Assembly: GCA_009914755.4 (NCBI GenBank)
Contig: CP086569.2
Coordinates: 15,776,001 to 15,840,000, forward strand
Reading direction: 5' to 3'
Length of the DNA stretch: 64,000 nt
Source of the DNA: the human T2T-CHM13v2.0 reference genome, Homo sapiens
The notes beneath the pieces are model-generated. The model searched no databases. It saw only the letters and a list, made by a program, of their open reading frames with translations, and had not been told where the DNA came from. Made by a program: the position numbers and the translations under genes. The number at the start of each line of letters is the position of its first letter. Position 1 is the first letter of the stretch. Of the stretch, positions 25,819-40,240 are shown piece by piece.

Positions 25819-28197
25819 CCAATAATTATCTACTTTTATATGCAGATTTAGCTTTGTATTCTATACTTATGTAATTATACATACATATGCAAGCACAGGC
25901 ACATAAAATTTTATACCTATAAATCTTCTGAACCCTTTTGTATTAATGATATTAAGTAAGTTTCAACCATGGTGAATCAAAGTGGGAACTTTTTTATTTG
26001 AAGTCAGTATTATATGACTTAATGACAGAGAAGAAAAAAGCCATAGCTACATACGGTTTCCCACAATAGACATCTTAATTTCACAGCCCATTTTGTAATC
26101 CCTGCATATTCAGGCCTCCATAGAGTTATTTGAATGGGTTTTGTTGAAAATTCCTATATTAGGAACATACTCAGTCCTTTGTAATATCCAATATTAAAAA
26201 GTTCAGATATTTATATTTTTACAATGATGGCATACAGTACCTTACACTCCATAAATTGGAGAATGTGCATGTAGAATTAAGATAAAAGGTATTAGGGATA
26301 TCCTACTGAAGAAGAATCTCCTGGGAATGATAGTGCCCAAGTCTGTCTGTGTTTAGGAGTAGTTAGAAACCATACAACCCAGGCTCAGAAATGAAGGAGA
26401 AAAAGACATTTTCCCCAGAAACAGAGGTCGAACTGACTTCTCTGCCATGTTGTAGCCTCTTTTCTCACTTTCCTAATTGACCTTTGCATGTCCTTCATTT
26501 CTATTATAACACAAACATTCTCTAATATCATTCCTTTTGTTTGACTCAAATTGCCTAGCCAAACCTCAGTCTGTGTTGTAACTCTCACATCTGTTGCTGT
26601 TTAAAAAGCAACTATTATTTAGTTTGACCTTTTTGGAGACATCAGTGTAGACTGGGTTTAGCTGTCTGGTTCTGCTAGTTGAGGTCAGGCTTCCCCAAAA
26701 TTTTCAGCAGGACAAGTCAACCACATGGTTCTCTCCCTTCTTGGCTGCAGTTGGCAGGTGACTAGGGGCTTGTTGGTCTGAGATGAACCCAGATGTGACT
26801 TCTCTTGGGTGACACACAGGGGCAGATTGAAGGTATGGAGCAGTAGTCTTCACATTGCTAGAGAAGGAATTTATATTGTGTGGACATGAATACAGAGAAG
26901 GAGGAAGAACCTGGTCTCTACTGTCATCAACATCTGTATGATCTTTAAGGTCAGATGATACTCTTGAATAAGTCAAAGCTTCTATTTTGCTACTCCCTGC
27001 CTAGCTTCTGTGTTCCAGCTGATCCCAGCTTTACCTATTTATTCAAACCTCTCTCCAGTATAAAATATATATTCCTATCAATCATCCCCCAAATAGGATA
27101 TTATTATGGTTTTCAAACCTGAATTTCAAGGAAAATCCTATAATCTGTAATTACGTACTTATAGTTAAAATATGACTTAGAATAAGGTTATCAGGTACAT
27201 AATACTGGCTTGATGAAGGACACACAAATATACTTAATAGTAAGAATTGGGTGGGGGCAAAGAGCACTGACAAAATGAGAGATATGTAATGCATGGAATT
27301 ATTCCTTAACTTTATGTAAAATCATAGCTAATCCTCAAGATACAACAAAAAACACTATTAATGTCAAATTTTTATTAAAAAAAAACAGGCCCACATATTG
27401 TATGTGGATATATATATGTGCATCTTTTTGTGTGTGTCTAAACATATACATATGTATGTATAAAACTTTATTGCAATGCCTCCAGTATGTGACTATATAT
27501 TTTGATAGTAAATCTACTTAAATTAAATACAAATTAAAAATCATCTTCTTCATTTATACTGGCGACACTCAAGTTCTCAGTGGGTACACATGGTTTATGC
27601 CTACCATACTGGGCAAGATAGAGGTAGAACATTTTTTTTCTTTATAGAAAATTTCACTTGTTCCTTGAAAGCCATTAAATTCACATGCACATTAATTATT
27701 CATAAGAGGATCATGTCTCTTCCTGGGGATTTAAATGGCCAATATCTCCATGTTTATCAATCTGCCCTATGTTGAATTTTCTTTCAAAAAGCAAATAGTA
27801 ACAGCAGAGGATATTCCCATTGCAGATAATTTCCAAAGAAGACATTACATTGAATAATTGAGAAGTGCAGCTTGTGTTGTTCTTTAGGTGAAAGTCAATA
27901 GGACTGGGACTTGTCACTGGAAAATGACAATAGGAAAAATAGGCTCTGCCAATCAGTTCTAATATGCTCTGCCTTTAAACAGAACTGAAAAGAGATAATG
28001 ACACTTTCTCAGTTGGACAGCCCAAATTGTTGATTATTCCATGAGTCACAGTTCAAAACTATGAGTCTTAATTTTTAATTCTGTCCAGGGGGTGATGGGT
28101 TTGTTCTATGTACTGCTATGAAAAGTATTCCATTTCTGGTGGATCATGCATATCAAAGAGTATTTACTAAGGCAGAAATTTTGCATAAACAACTGAA

Positions 28198-28482
28198 GCT
28201 GGGTGGCATGCAGTGGCTCATGCCTGTAACCCCAACACTTTGGAAGGCCAAAGCAGAAAAATCCCCTTAGCACTCTTGAACCCAGGAGTTTGAGATTAGC
28301 GTGGACAACACAGCAAGACCCCATGTCTACAAAACAAATTTTTAAAAATTAGCCGGGTAAGGTAGTGCTTGCCTGTGTTCCTAGCTACTCAGGAGGCTGA
28401 GGCAGGAGGAGTGTTTGATCCCAGAAACTCAAGGCTACATAGGACTCTAGCTGGGCAACAGAGCTAAATCCTATCCCCAAAA
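28198..28482 (+). mobile_element. Alu (old, AluJ-like). Its tail has converted to the (AC)n repeat listed next.
   Basis: ggctgggtggcatgcagtggctcatgcctgtaaccccaacactttggaaggc...ctagctactcaggaggctgaggcaggaggagtgtttgatcccagaaactcaaggctacataggactctagctgggcaacagagctaaatcc. Confidence 0.85.
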
Positions 28483-28500
28483 CACACACACACACACACT
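28481..28500. repeat. (AC)n microsatellite
   Basis: aaaacacacacacacacacact. Confidence 0.85.
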
Positions 28501-31466
28501 CTGAAGCCCACCATATAAAACCATATAGCTTTTATAGCTTCACTGGCCTGCTCTTTTTGGCTTAGTTTACATCTATTTGGGTACTGACAGATGCTTTTCA
28601 AAATAACTTGTCCCCCATACGTGGTCTGCCCTGCCATCTGTCCCAATCATTTATTCAATTGTTATCAAGTGACAAGTAAGCATTGCAGATGAGTTTCCAA
28701 TTGGCTCTGGCTGTGTCCTGGTAGAAGGAAAATGCAGCCAGATATGAGTGCTAATTTTGATCTTTTACAGAAGCTACTAGCTGAAGCTTTGTATGCCCAT
28801 GAAGATCATCAAATCAAGATTATACTTCAGTGAGCTCTTATTTTTCCCAGGTTAAATGCCTTCTTCCAATCTCAGGAGAATAGTTATTGAAGTTGTGATA
28901 CACTTATCCAAACTTCCTTAAGATGCAGTTAATTAAATCATTCTCTTGTAGGTTTTCCAATATACCTTCTTATTTTCTCTTAAAATCACAATAGCTCACG
29001 CTATTCTAAAATGCATGGTTTTGTTGATTCAAGTGTGCATTGATTTAGAGACTCCTCTTAATTATTTAAAGTAACTTTGGTTTGATATGTAATATTGACA
29101 TAATTTTCCTTCCAAAGTAAAGTTAAAGAATTGAGTCAAAGACTGGAAAACTCTGTAGATTAAAAATAGACTTGCATAGAGGAGAGAGTCCAGGAAGAAG
29201 CTGGCATCTTTCTTACCAAAAGATATTTGTATTCAACCAGGGAAATGAAGAAAGAGGCTATGGTAGTCTAGAACTTGTTTTCTCAGATACTATTTCAGCC
29301 TAGGTCTTATATAAATGTTGTCCTTTTTAAGAACCTTAAAAACAACAGCTTTGAAGCAATAGAGGAAGAAGTGATGACATCAATATGATGATAGCTGACC
29401 ATAACAGTCATGAAATCGTGAAAATATTCCATTTAGATGAGCTACTTATCTATTTAACAGCATTAGAATGAATGCATAGGGCTTTTCTTCTTTCTTATGC
29501 CTGATATTGATAAAAACAGAAGTTATAATGGTCAACACATATTTAAGAGCTAAAGAGATGTCAAATGGATTACACATATATTAATTTAGCTCATAATATA
29601 TCTTGGCAACACCGTGATGAATTCTGGTTTCACCATTGTTTTTTCCTGCTTTGAGGTGGCTAATTATTTGGGCAAAGGGAAGTTTGATATCTCGGTACAA
29701 AGTATTCAGAAGAGAAAACGTCATGCCTTGAAAACGTGTATCATTAGTGACTGCTCTATTTGCCACCTTAGCAACTTTCCTGCCATGTGACTTCAGTTAT
29801 GAGTTTTAAATAGGATAGTATAAAGGGGCTAGTCTGGGCCACTGTACTCCCTCCTGTAGTTGGGGTCAAAGCTACAGTTTGTGTCAAGCATGTTTCATCT
29901 GTATTTCTTCTGCAGCTCAGATAACAGGGGCCATGGCATGTCACTGGAGGTGAAGGTAAACCTACCAGTGCAGGCACCTGTTAATCCACCACTCACATCA
30001 GATGGACTCATCTTCTATTGCCCAAACAGAATCATATGTTCAAAATCAAGAGGAAAGAAATGCTTAGCAATGAGTGCATATATTATTATTTCCAGAAAAG
30101 TGAAAAATTAGGACAAATCATTGAATCTTTCACATGCATCTTCTTGTGTGAGTTGAAAGATAAAGTGTTTGCTGTTAGACAAGGATAAAACATTACACTT
30201 AAGTACTGAGAGATGGATGGATAAAGAGTGATCACAGCCGCATGGGCTTCACCATTGAGTCAACAGTTCTGAGTCAGATATGGGAGACAGAAATGACCAA
30301 GACAGTGGCACTGGCTTAAACGAGTAGAGTTCCATGCATTTGAACATGATATCATGATGTAAGGTAACTAGAAAGTGGATATCTATAGGAGAAGGGCATC
30401 AATTTGCACACAAGTATGGAAAACTGGAAGTAGATTGAGGTTTGGGAAGAGTGTAGAACTCAAGTCACAAGACCAGCCTTGGAATATGAAGTTTACTTTT
30501 ATCAAATAACACTTCTGAGACTCAGGGTCTTCCACCCAAATGTCCAAGGAAACAGTACAATCTAAGTTACATGACTTAAGATTCCCCTGATATAAGGCAG
30601 GATTAAGTTTGATGAAGGAATTTGCAAATAACAGCGATGATACTGAGAACTCTACAGCTTAATGAATTTGTCAAAGTTACGCAGAGTCAACAGAAGATCT
30701 CAAATGTGAAACTGATGCTTCTTGTTGTCTTTAAACTTGATTAAGGATCAAATTAGGAACTCTTGATAATTCTAGAAAATTCCATGTCTTCTATACTCTT
30801 CCATTCCTACAGTTCCTCCAAACTGGAACTTGAATGTACAATTTTTATCAGATCCAAGTACTGATGTTTAGCAGTAGAACTGCTTCATAATTGGTGTTTA
30901 GTTCTTTCATCAGGAGCTACATAATGCCTGTTTGTCCCTCTTTGGGGGAAGCTAAAACATTAATGGTCATTGATGAAATCTGTCTTCATAAGGAGTTGCA
31001 AAATGATGACAGTGTAATTGTATACATCTTTCTACTCTTAGTTGGAATTCTTCTTTAAAAGGAAAATTTCCTTCATAAACTGCATGGTTTCTAAGAATTC
31101 AAGACTATCCAAAAGTACAGGATGTTGTTTACAGGACATAACAGCTGACTTGAATGGACTCCCACTGGCTAAAGATCAAATACTTTGATCATCAGTAAGA
31201 GTGATAACTTAATGCATTTCAACACACTAAATTTGATAAAAGAAGTGAGTTCCCAATGATGTTTATGATAGGCACATTGATCACCTTTAGAAAATACTTG
31301 CAAACTGAAAAATAAAACAAAAAGAAATCATGTGTCCTAGTTTTCCTTAAAAAACTCTTGAATAGATTAATCAGTAACATTTAAAATATACATTTTTATG
31401 GAATCACCTATGAGATATGTGTCATACAAACACAGATCTTCAGTTTCCTGTATAAATCTTTAAGCC

Positions 31467-31493
<27 letters not shown>
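31467..31493. repeat. (AT)n microsatellite
   Basis: catatatatatatatatatatatatata. Confidence 0.9.
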
Positions 31494-31497
<4 letters not shown>

Positions 31498-32624
31498 GTT
31501 ACTATATAATACTTTCACAATAAGACAAAAAATGAGGAAAGAGACCATGTTGCATTTTGACCTTGGCACATAAACCATTGGGCTGTTTCTTGACATGCAA
31601 CTACAACGGCTGGTCAATGTTGTTTTGTGTGCTGGGAGGAAAATGTATTCCCCACTTTATTGACTGGTGATGCATAGTACACATCTTTGAGTATAACTTT
31701 AGGAGAAACAAAAGATAATTTATCAAAGGATATTAACTTCTCAATACCTGTTGTGTGAGTTATCTCCTAATGATTCTAATACTTCTAGTATATGAGATCA
31801 ATTCAACAAAATTGAGGTGAAATGAAAGAATTCGAAGAATTGTGATAAAGTTAGGCAAATATGAAATAAATTATAATAACCATCTTAAAATACAAACAGA
31901 ATGATTTCGGCTCTCATGATTTTAATTTACAACTTTATTTTTTATGTAGTGCAATAGTTCCTAATTTAATTAGACATAAAATTTTGTCTCAGACACAAAA
32001 TGAGCCACAATGGTAATTTTTGCTTAGGACATCAATTAAAGAAATCTTTCTTTAACACTAACATATATTTTACATCAAAAGGAAAAGAATACAATGTTGG
32101 AAGCTTGGGAATATCACTGGAACACAAGTGCTCTGAAAGTCCAGAGCCCTGCAGGTTGCAAATCACTGAACAGAACATGGATAATTTAATACAATTGCAG
32201 GCAGCATTCCCAGGGTTCATCATTTCTCTGCTCTCCACTGAAAACACAGTGAGAGGGGAAAAAATTAGGTGGCATCAGTACAAAATATTATGCAAACACT
32301 AACAGGTATATTTAATATACCTGTTGGATACATACATTATTGTGATGTGAGGCATTGCTGTTTGGTGGTGGGAGAACAGATTTGGACTTTAAACACTTAT
32401 ACACTTAAAGAGCCATTTTTTTTTTTTTATCATACAAAGAATTACCCATATGAATAAGGTCACCAAAATGTTGGTCAAAGAAGGAAAACCTGATGAAAGA
32501 AGACAAAAAAGCCCACTGATTCTGAAGAGTAGGCTCACTACTTCCTCATATTTATTTAGACATGTCAATTTGGATATATAAGAATATATTTTTAAATGTA
32601 TTATTTCTGTCTTCTAAAGAACTG

Positions 32625-33165
32625 TGTCCGGAGTTTTTTCCTTTGGGTGGGTTCTTAGTCTTGCTGACATCAAGAATGAAGCCGGGACCTTCGCGGTGAA
32701 TGTTACAGCTCTTAAAGATGGTGTGTCTGGAGTTTGTTCCTTCAGATGTCTCTGGAGTTGGTTCCTTCAAGTGGGTTCGTGATCTGGCTGACTCAAGAAT
32801 GAAGCCGAGCATGTCCGCAGCAAGTGTTACAGCTCTTAAAGGTGGTGCTGACCCAAAGAGTGAGCAGCAGCAAGATGTATTGTGAAGAGCAAAAGAACAA
32901 AGCTTCCACAGTGTGGAAGAGGACCCTAGCGGGTTGTGATGCTGGCTGGGGTGGCCCCCTTTTACTCCCTTATTTGTCCTGGCTCACTTCCTGCTGATTG
33001 GTCCATTTTAGAGTGCTGATTGGTGTGATTACAAACCTTTATCTAGACACAGAGTGCTGATTCGCGCATTTACAATCCTCTTGTAAGACAGAAAAGTTTT
33101 CCAAGTCCCCATGTGACACAGAAGTCCAGCTAGCTTCACCTCTCGGAACCAATATATAAATTACA
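32625..33165 (+). mobile_element. LTR12-family (HERV9 LTR)-like fragment: 5' part with an internally duplicated unit and a U3 segment carrying CCAAT-box (ATTGG) repeats. It lacks the GC-rich 3' half.
   Basis: Two copies of the unit ...ctggagtt(t)gttccttc...gggttc(g/t)t...ctggctgac(a/t)tcaagaatgaagccg...cgc(g/a)g...tgttacagctcttaaag, then ...acccaaagagtgagcagcagcaagatgtattgtgaagagcaaaagaacaaagcttccacagtgtggaagaggaccctagcgggttg..., then repeats of gctgattggt(cc/gt)...tttacaatcctct...agacag(a)aaagtt(t)tccaagtcccca. These match the LTR12 consensus as I recall it. Family assignment is from memory and is not computed. Confidence 0.55.
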
Positions 33166-33214
33166 ATCCTTCAGGGTTAATATTTGAATGGTCTTGGGTT
33201 CAAATCCCAATCTT

Positions 33215-33528
33215 GGCTGGACACGAGTCTCACACCTGTAATCCCAGCACTTTGGGGGTCCGAGGCAGGCAGGTCACATGAGGTGAAAAGTTTGACACCA
33301 ACCTGGTCAACATGGTGAAACCCTGTGTCTACTAAAAATACAAAAATTAACAAATGTGGTGGTGTGTGCTTCTAGTCCCAACTACTAGGGAGGATGAGGC
33401 AGGAGAATCTCTTCTTTGGAGAGTTGGAGGTTGCAGTGAGCCAAGGTTGCACCACTGCACTCCACCTTGGGTGTCAGAATGAGACTACATCTAAATAAAT
33501 AAATAAATAAATAAATAATAAAAAATAC
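33215..33528 (+). mobile_element. Alu with an (AAAT)n tail
   Basis: ggctggacacgagtctcacacctgtaatcccagcactttggggg...gttgcagtgagccaaggttgcaccactgcactccaccttgggtgtcagaatgagactacatctaaataaataaataaataaataaat. Confidence 0.88.
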
Positions 33529-33984
33529 CAATCTGGGCACTTACAAGCTGTGCATTCTTGGTCAAGTTACTAAATTCTTTTTATTTGGGGGGACCATTCT
33601 GAGAATTCGAGTTAACGAAGCTAACATTTTTGGCACAAAGGTGAGTATTTAATAAACAATAGCTCTTATACTGAGATTAAGTCATGGGGCCAGCAAAGGT
33701 TTCAAAATTCATCCCCAAACATAGCTTTTATGGTGCCCTCCACTGCCATGTATTAGTTTATCCATGCATTTATTTATTCACATATTTATAAAATAAGTTT
33801 AAACACTACCCTCTATTTAGCTTATAGATTATTAACAAATAGATGTATTTTAGGAGAGCACATTCTATTGGGACAGAAAGATGAAACATCTAACAGTGAA
33901 TTAGAGGACCTAGGGACTAGACTGGAGTGGAAGTGAGGATTCAAAATGATGCATGTCAATGGTAAATGTCTGCTAACAACCCAG

Positions 33985-34319
<335 letters not shown>

Positions 34320-35379
34320 TTACCTAGTATCAGAAGTGGCATCCCAACACTTTTCCCATATCCTATCTTTTAGAAGCACAACACTAAAGCCATACCAAGA
34401 CAGGGGGTCTCTTGTGCCTCCTCATTCTATTTCCAAGAAGTTGCCTGTTGCCTCACTCAAGGATCAGCAAAATAAATATGTGTTGGTTGACTAAATGTAT
34501 GTAAATCTGGAATTAAGGCAGGATGCAAGTGCTGGTATCTATGGGATAATAATAATGATGATGAAAATGGTAATGATAACAATTATATAACACTTACTAG
34601 GAGCCAGTCATTGTTCTAAACATTTTATATCTTTACTCTTCTAATCCCCACAAGAGTCCTGTGAGGGAGTTAGTACATTATTCAGATTTTGCAGATGAGA
34701 ACAATGAGAAACAACAAGGTTGAGTCACAGGCTTAAAGTCACCCTACTAGATGCCTTGAATTTGTGATGTGAACTCCCAGAGGTTTTCACTCAATATCTG
34801 TAAACTTAACCAATACCAACTCTCATGAATAGAGCAAGATTCTAAGATATTTTAATAGTAAATAAACAACTCAAAAATATAAATGTTCTTAGCTGCCCTA
34901 ATATAAATACAACATTTAAATAAATACTGTTTCACTTTAAAGAATTTCCCCTTTAGAAAATTTAAAAGAAAACAAAAACAATCAAAGTCACACATACAAG
35001 GAACTCTATGAAACTTTCCCTTCACACCTCCAAATGAGGCAAGTCCACTGAGATCCTGTGATATGTGTTTCTCATGTCCTTTGCTTCCCTTTTCTAACTA
35101 TAGCAATTTGTCCCATCTTAGTATCTCTCAGAAGTTAATCTATAACTCTTTTTGTCCTTTATATGGGAGACAGAGAATTTTGTTAAGAAAGTACCAGAGT
35201 ATCTAGTCAATCTTGGGGAAAGTAGGGCAGATTGGCTTAAAGTTCAACATTGAGAATCTGTGGTCTGTGGTCTATCTCCTGGAACAAACATTTTATTACT
35301 TTTAAAACATTAGCTAGTGAGTTAATCTGCTGAAGCTTCAGTTTCCTCCATCTGAATGTTGCTGTGACATTTAGTTCTC

Positions 35380-36045
35380 AAAATGCACCTATAAACCCCC
35401 CAGCAACTAAACATAGAGTGACTAAATGACATAGAAATACCACTCCAGAGTTATATACCCCAAAAGATTTAAAGACAGAAACTCAGATACTTGTAAGCCA
35501 ATGCCCTTTGCAGCAGCATTCACAATGACCAGAAGGTAGACAAAACCCTCATATCTATAGACAGACAAATGGATAAACAAATTGTGTTGTTTATGCAGTG
35601 GAATATTATTCAGCCATAAAAAGGAAGGGAGCTCAGATATCTTTTACAACATAGATGAGCCTTGATGACATGCTAAATGAAATAAGTCAACCACAAAAGG
35701 ACACATATTGTCCAGTTCCACTTATATGAGGTACCTGGAGTAGTCAAATTTATAGAGACAGAAAGTACAATAATGGGTGCCAGGTGCTGGGGGAGGGGAA
35801 AAATGAACAGTTACTGTGTTATGGGTACAGAATGATAAAACTATTTTTCAAAATAGAGAGTGGTGTTGGCTGCATCACAGTGTAAACATAATTAATGTCA
35901 CCGAATTGCACTCTTAAAAGTGGTAGAAAATGCTATATATAAAATTAGCAATTTCAAACCCTTATATGTATATATTTATTTTATATTATTTATTATATAG
36001 TGTTATATAAAATATGATTGTATATATAATTTAAATAAAACTAGA
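35380..36045 (+). mobile_element. Ancient L1 (L1M-type, mammalian-wide) 3' end: ORF2 C-terminus plus 3'UTR
   Basis: ...cattcacaatgaccagaaggtagacaaaaccctcatatctatagacagacaaatggataaacaaattgtgttgtttatgcagtggaatattattcagccataaaaaggaagg...ccacttatatgaggtacctggagtagtcaaatttatagagacagaaagtacaataatgggtgccaggtgctgggggaggggaaaaatgaacagttactgtgttatgggtacagaat...gtgtaaacataattaatgtcaccgaattgcactcttaaaagtggtagaaaatgcta. This is the characteristic L1M 3' end. Confidence 0.8.
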
Positions 36046-36658
36046 TCCACCTAAGCATGTCATCAATTGCAGTTGTTAACATTCCTAAATGTAGGTGGAC
36101 AATCCATATGATACTAAAAAACGAGGGTGAAAAATGGCTAAGAAGAGCAATGAATTATTTAAATGAATGTTAATTAAACATCTGGGTTAGAGATGTCACC
36201 CAATAATGGCTCATTTTGCTGTGGTCTTACACAGTAAAGAAAAGCATGGTTCTTAAGTCATAAAATGCACTTGTTCTCCTGGCCCACCTAAGCCCCTGGT
36301 TTTATGACAGCAAGAGAAGTACAGCCAGCCAGGTGTGCTGGAAAGACATTGCATGAATAAATTACAGTGTGTTGCTTATTGGGACTTTTGTCAGAAGGAA
36401 GACCAAACATGAAGGAGGGAAGTGAATTTAAAAGGTTCCAACTGTGTTGTTGGTCTTTTCCATGAACTTAAAAGTGGCTTAACTGGAGTCATGTTCGTTG
36501 CTTCCTAAGTGGGCCAGGGATGTTAGCACCTCTCTTTCTCCACTTTGGCTGCATGATTGAATCATCTAGAAAGATTTTGCAAAGCCTCATGTCTAAGCTC
36601 ATCCAGGACCAGTTAAGCCACAGTCATAGGGATTAAAAGCCCGTCCTTAGTATTTTTA

Positions 36659-37062
<404 letters not shown>

Positions 37063-37939
37063 AATGATGCTATATGCAGCCATCATTGAGAATTGCCATA
37101 GTCGATGCCAATAATGTCAAGTTGCTGGGTGATAAACTCAAAATCTACTTAAATATTTTAATTGTAAAAATAATCTCAAAATCTGTTATGTGACATTAAA
37201 TCCAGTTACATTTAAGTCACCTACCAAAGAAAAAATAAAATAAAAGTCCTTTTCCAATGCTAGCTTTAATATTGTTTTGTTTTGGGAGCTGGAGATTAGA
37301 ACCTGTTTAATTTGAAAATAGTGTAAGTTATATTTTCTTGTAAGTATATGTCACACAATTCAGGGTTCAGATCTTAAATTTTTGTAACTCTTCAGACTTT
37401 TATAAAAATCCAGGAATTTATTTCATTATAAAAAAATTGTTCAGTCTTGATTGATTCTTTTTTTATGTCCAATTTATCAGCATGTTTCCTTAAGTGTTGT
37501 TGCATCCAACCAAATCACTCTTCACAGAGTCCCTTTACTTTTTATTGCTACATCCTGCCTATGGGATACTTAAGCATCACTCCAAGGCCCTGTGGTCTGT
37601 AGAGATCCAAAGGGTAGGCCTACTGTTGATTTATATAGCAGTACTTGAAATGATAAACTTCCTGCCATAACTAAATTGGGCACTAGTTATTTTGTATCCA
37701 ATTATGCCCTTACTTGAAACCAATGGATTTTCTAGATAGAGGAACTTTGGCAAATCATGTTATATTATGAATCTCTTGTTCCAGTGTCTGACATATATGA
37801 GAATTTGATGTGGGAGTAGAAAAGAAAAATCTACAATGTATGATTTCTCTGCTCTCTGGAAGTAAAAGTCCAATGTATAAAGTTAGACAAATTGCACATT
37901 TATGAGTGGAGGGACTTTGTCCTCTGAGATAGAGGGCTG

Positions 37940-38045
37940 AATAGAAAAAGAAGAAAGATTGACAGAGATAGAAGAAAGAGGAAAGAGACAGCAAGAGAAA
38001 AAGGAGGAGGAGGAAGAGGAGTGGAGACAAAGAGAACAGGTGATC
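37940..38045. repeat. Purine-rich (GA/GAA-rich) low-complexity tract
   Basis: gaaaaagaagaaagattgacagagatagaagaaagaggaaagagacagcaagagaaaaaggaggaggaggaagaggag. It explains the overlapping minus-strand 'SLS/LLL' ORFs at 37755-38160. Confidence 0.8.
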
Positions 38046-38291
38046 CAGTGGAATTCTTACACTTAGTACACAGTGTAAATAACCACATGCTGAAGGAAAG
38101 TGAACAGATAAAAGAGAGAAGCAACTCTAATTCAAAAACAACATTGAACTTAGGAAGCACAGTTAATTGAGTAAGTTATAAAGTTTATCAGAAATATATG
38201 AATGATCCTCAAATGTTTGATGTGATGTTACCTTCCTTAAATAAATAGTATTTTAAAAATAATCTAAAGATTTAAAAATTTGTCCTGAGTC

Positions 38292-38294
<3 letters not shown>

Positions 38295-38322
<28 letters not shown>

Positions 38323-38336
38323 ACAAGAAAAAAGAG
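38295..38336. repeat. (AAAAC)n microsatellite, ~8 units
   Basis: aaaacaaaacaaaacaaaacaaaacaaaacaaaacaag. Confidence 0.9.
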
Positions 38337-38362
38337 TAAAATGGAGTGTAAGTTTTTGCTGA

Positions 38363-38638
<276 letters not shown>

Positions 38639-40079
38639 TAATAGTCCTAGAAGGAGAAACTAGAATGTACAGTGGGGGTTAATTATTAGAGAATCAAATA
38701 ATATGCACTTCTGTAAAAATAAAGAAAAACATAAGGAATGGACTTAGTGTCTAGCATGATAAATATCTAAACAAATAAGCAAATCATATTGTTGTAGAAT
38801 TTCATAAATAGTGGAAAAACAGGTCCTCATATTGGAAAATTATCTACAAAACCACAAAATCAAATTGTCATTATATTTATTTTCTATGACACTACTAGCA
38901 TCTACGATGATGGAAAAATATGTTTAAAAAATTAAGGCAAAATAAAATATGGCAATGATAGTCCTTATTTTTTTCAAATTATTGATAACATTAAATAGTT
39001 TAATAATTTAAGGTATTTTAGTTTCCTACTACAGAATAAATCAAAGTAAATTCTCTGTCTCTCTCTCTCTCAAACACATACACAAACACTTTATTATTTT
39101 AGATCTATTAAATAACTCAATATGAAAACATTGAATATATAAAAATAATGAAAAAAGATGATATGTTATAATCTTTAAGATAGAGGAACTCCTCTTTTAA
39201 AACGCTTCAATAAAAAAACTACTCACTAAAATATTGAATCATTTGGTTACCTCAACATTAAAAATTCACAATAAACTACAGTTATATGTTGCTTAACATC
39301 AGAGCTCTCTTCTGATAAATGTGACATTAGGCAATTTCATCATGTTTGTGTGAACATGACAGAGTGTACTTACACAAATCTAGGTGGTATAGCCTACTAC
39401 ACACCTTGCCTATATGGTACAGCCTATTGCCCGGAGGCTACAAACCTATGCAAAATGTTACTATACTGAATATTGTAGGCAACCATAACACAGTGATAAA
39501 TATTTGTGTATCTAAACACAAAAAAGTTACAGTAGAAACATGGTTTCATAATCTCATGGGAAGAGTGTGGAATTGTGGCTATTCAATGACTAAAATATTG
39601 TTATGCAGTACATGACTGTATATCCAGAATTTGTGTTTAAAAACCTCCTCACAACACAAAGGAAACCACTAATGAAAAAAATTATCAAAAGATTTGATCA
39701 ATTTATTCAGGATTGCAAAAATACAAATTAAATACTAAATACTAATTAACCTTATTACTAATAAGGGAAGCACAATTTTCTCTCATCATATTAGCAAACA
39801 CTTCAAAAGTTTGATAAAAATCAGGCCTGGAGTAGGGAGTTTAGTGCTCAGTATGAATGTAAATTTCCTGAATTTTTTTAGGTTAATTTGGCAGAAGCTA
39901 TTACAATAAAAAAAAATCAGTCTGTGATTTAGCAATTCTACTTCTCATGGCTCATTTTAGAAAAACATGCATCAAGAAGCATGTGCAAGGATGTGTTCCG
40001 TGGCTTTTCTTCTAACAGTACAGAGCTTGGAAGGACATAGACACCCACAGGAAGCACAGTGATAATATATGCAGTTAGA

Positions 40080-40240
40080 CAGATGGATAAATGAATAGAT
40101 AATGGATAGAGTTAGTGTAGATGAATAAATGGATATATATATAGTTAGATGTTAAAGAGATGGGTGGAAGGATGTATAGACAGATAAAAGATACATATAG
40201 AGATATACATTAGATAGATCAATAGAAATTTATAACTACA
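40080..40240. repeat. (GATA/ATAGAT)n-like low-complexity tract
   Basis: atggataaatgaatagataatggatagag...agatagatcaatag. Confidence 0.7.
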
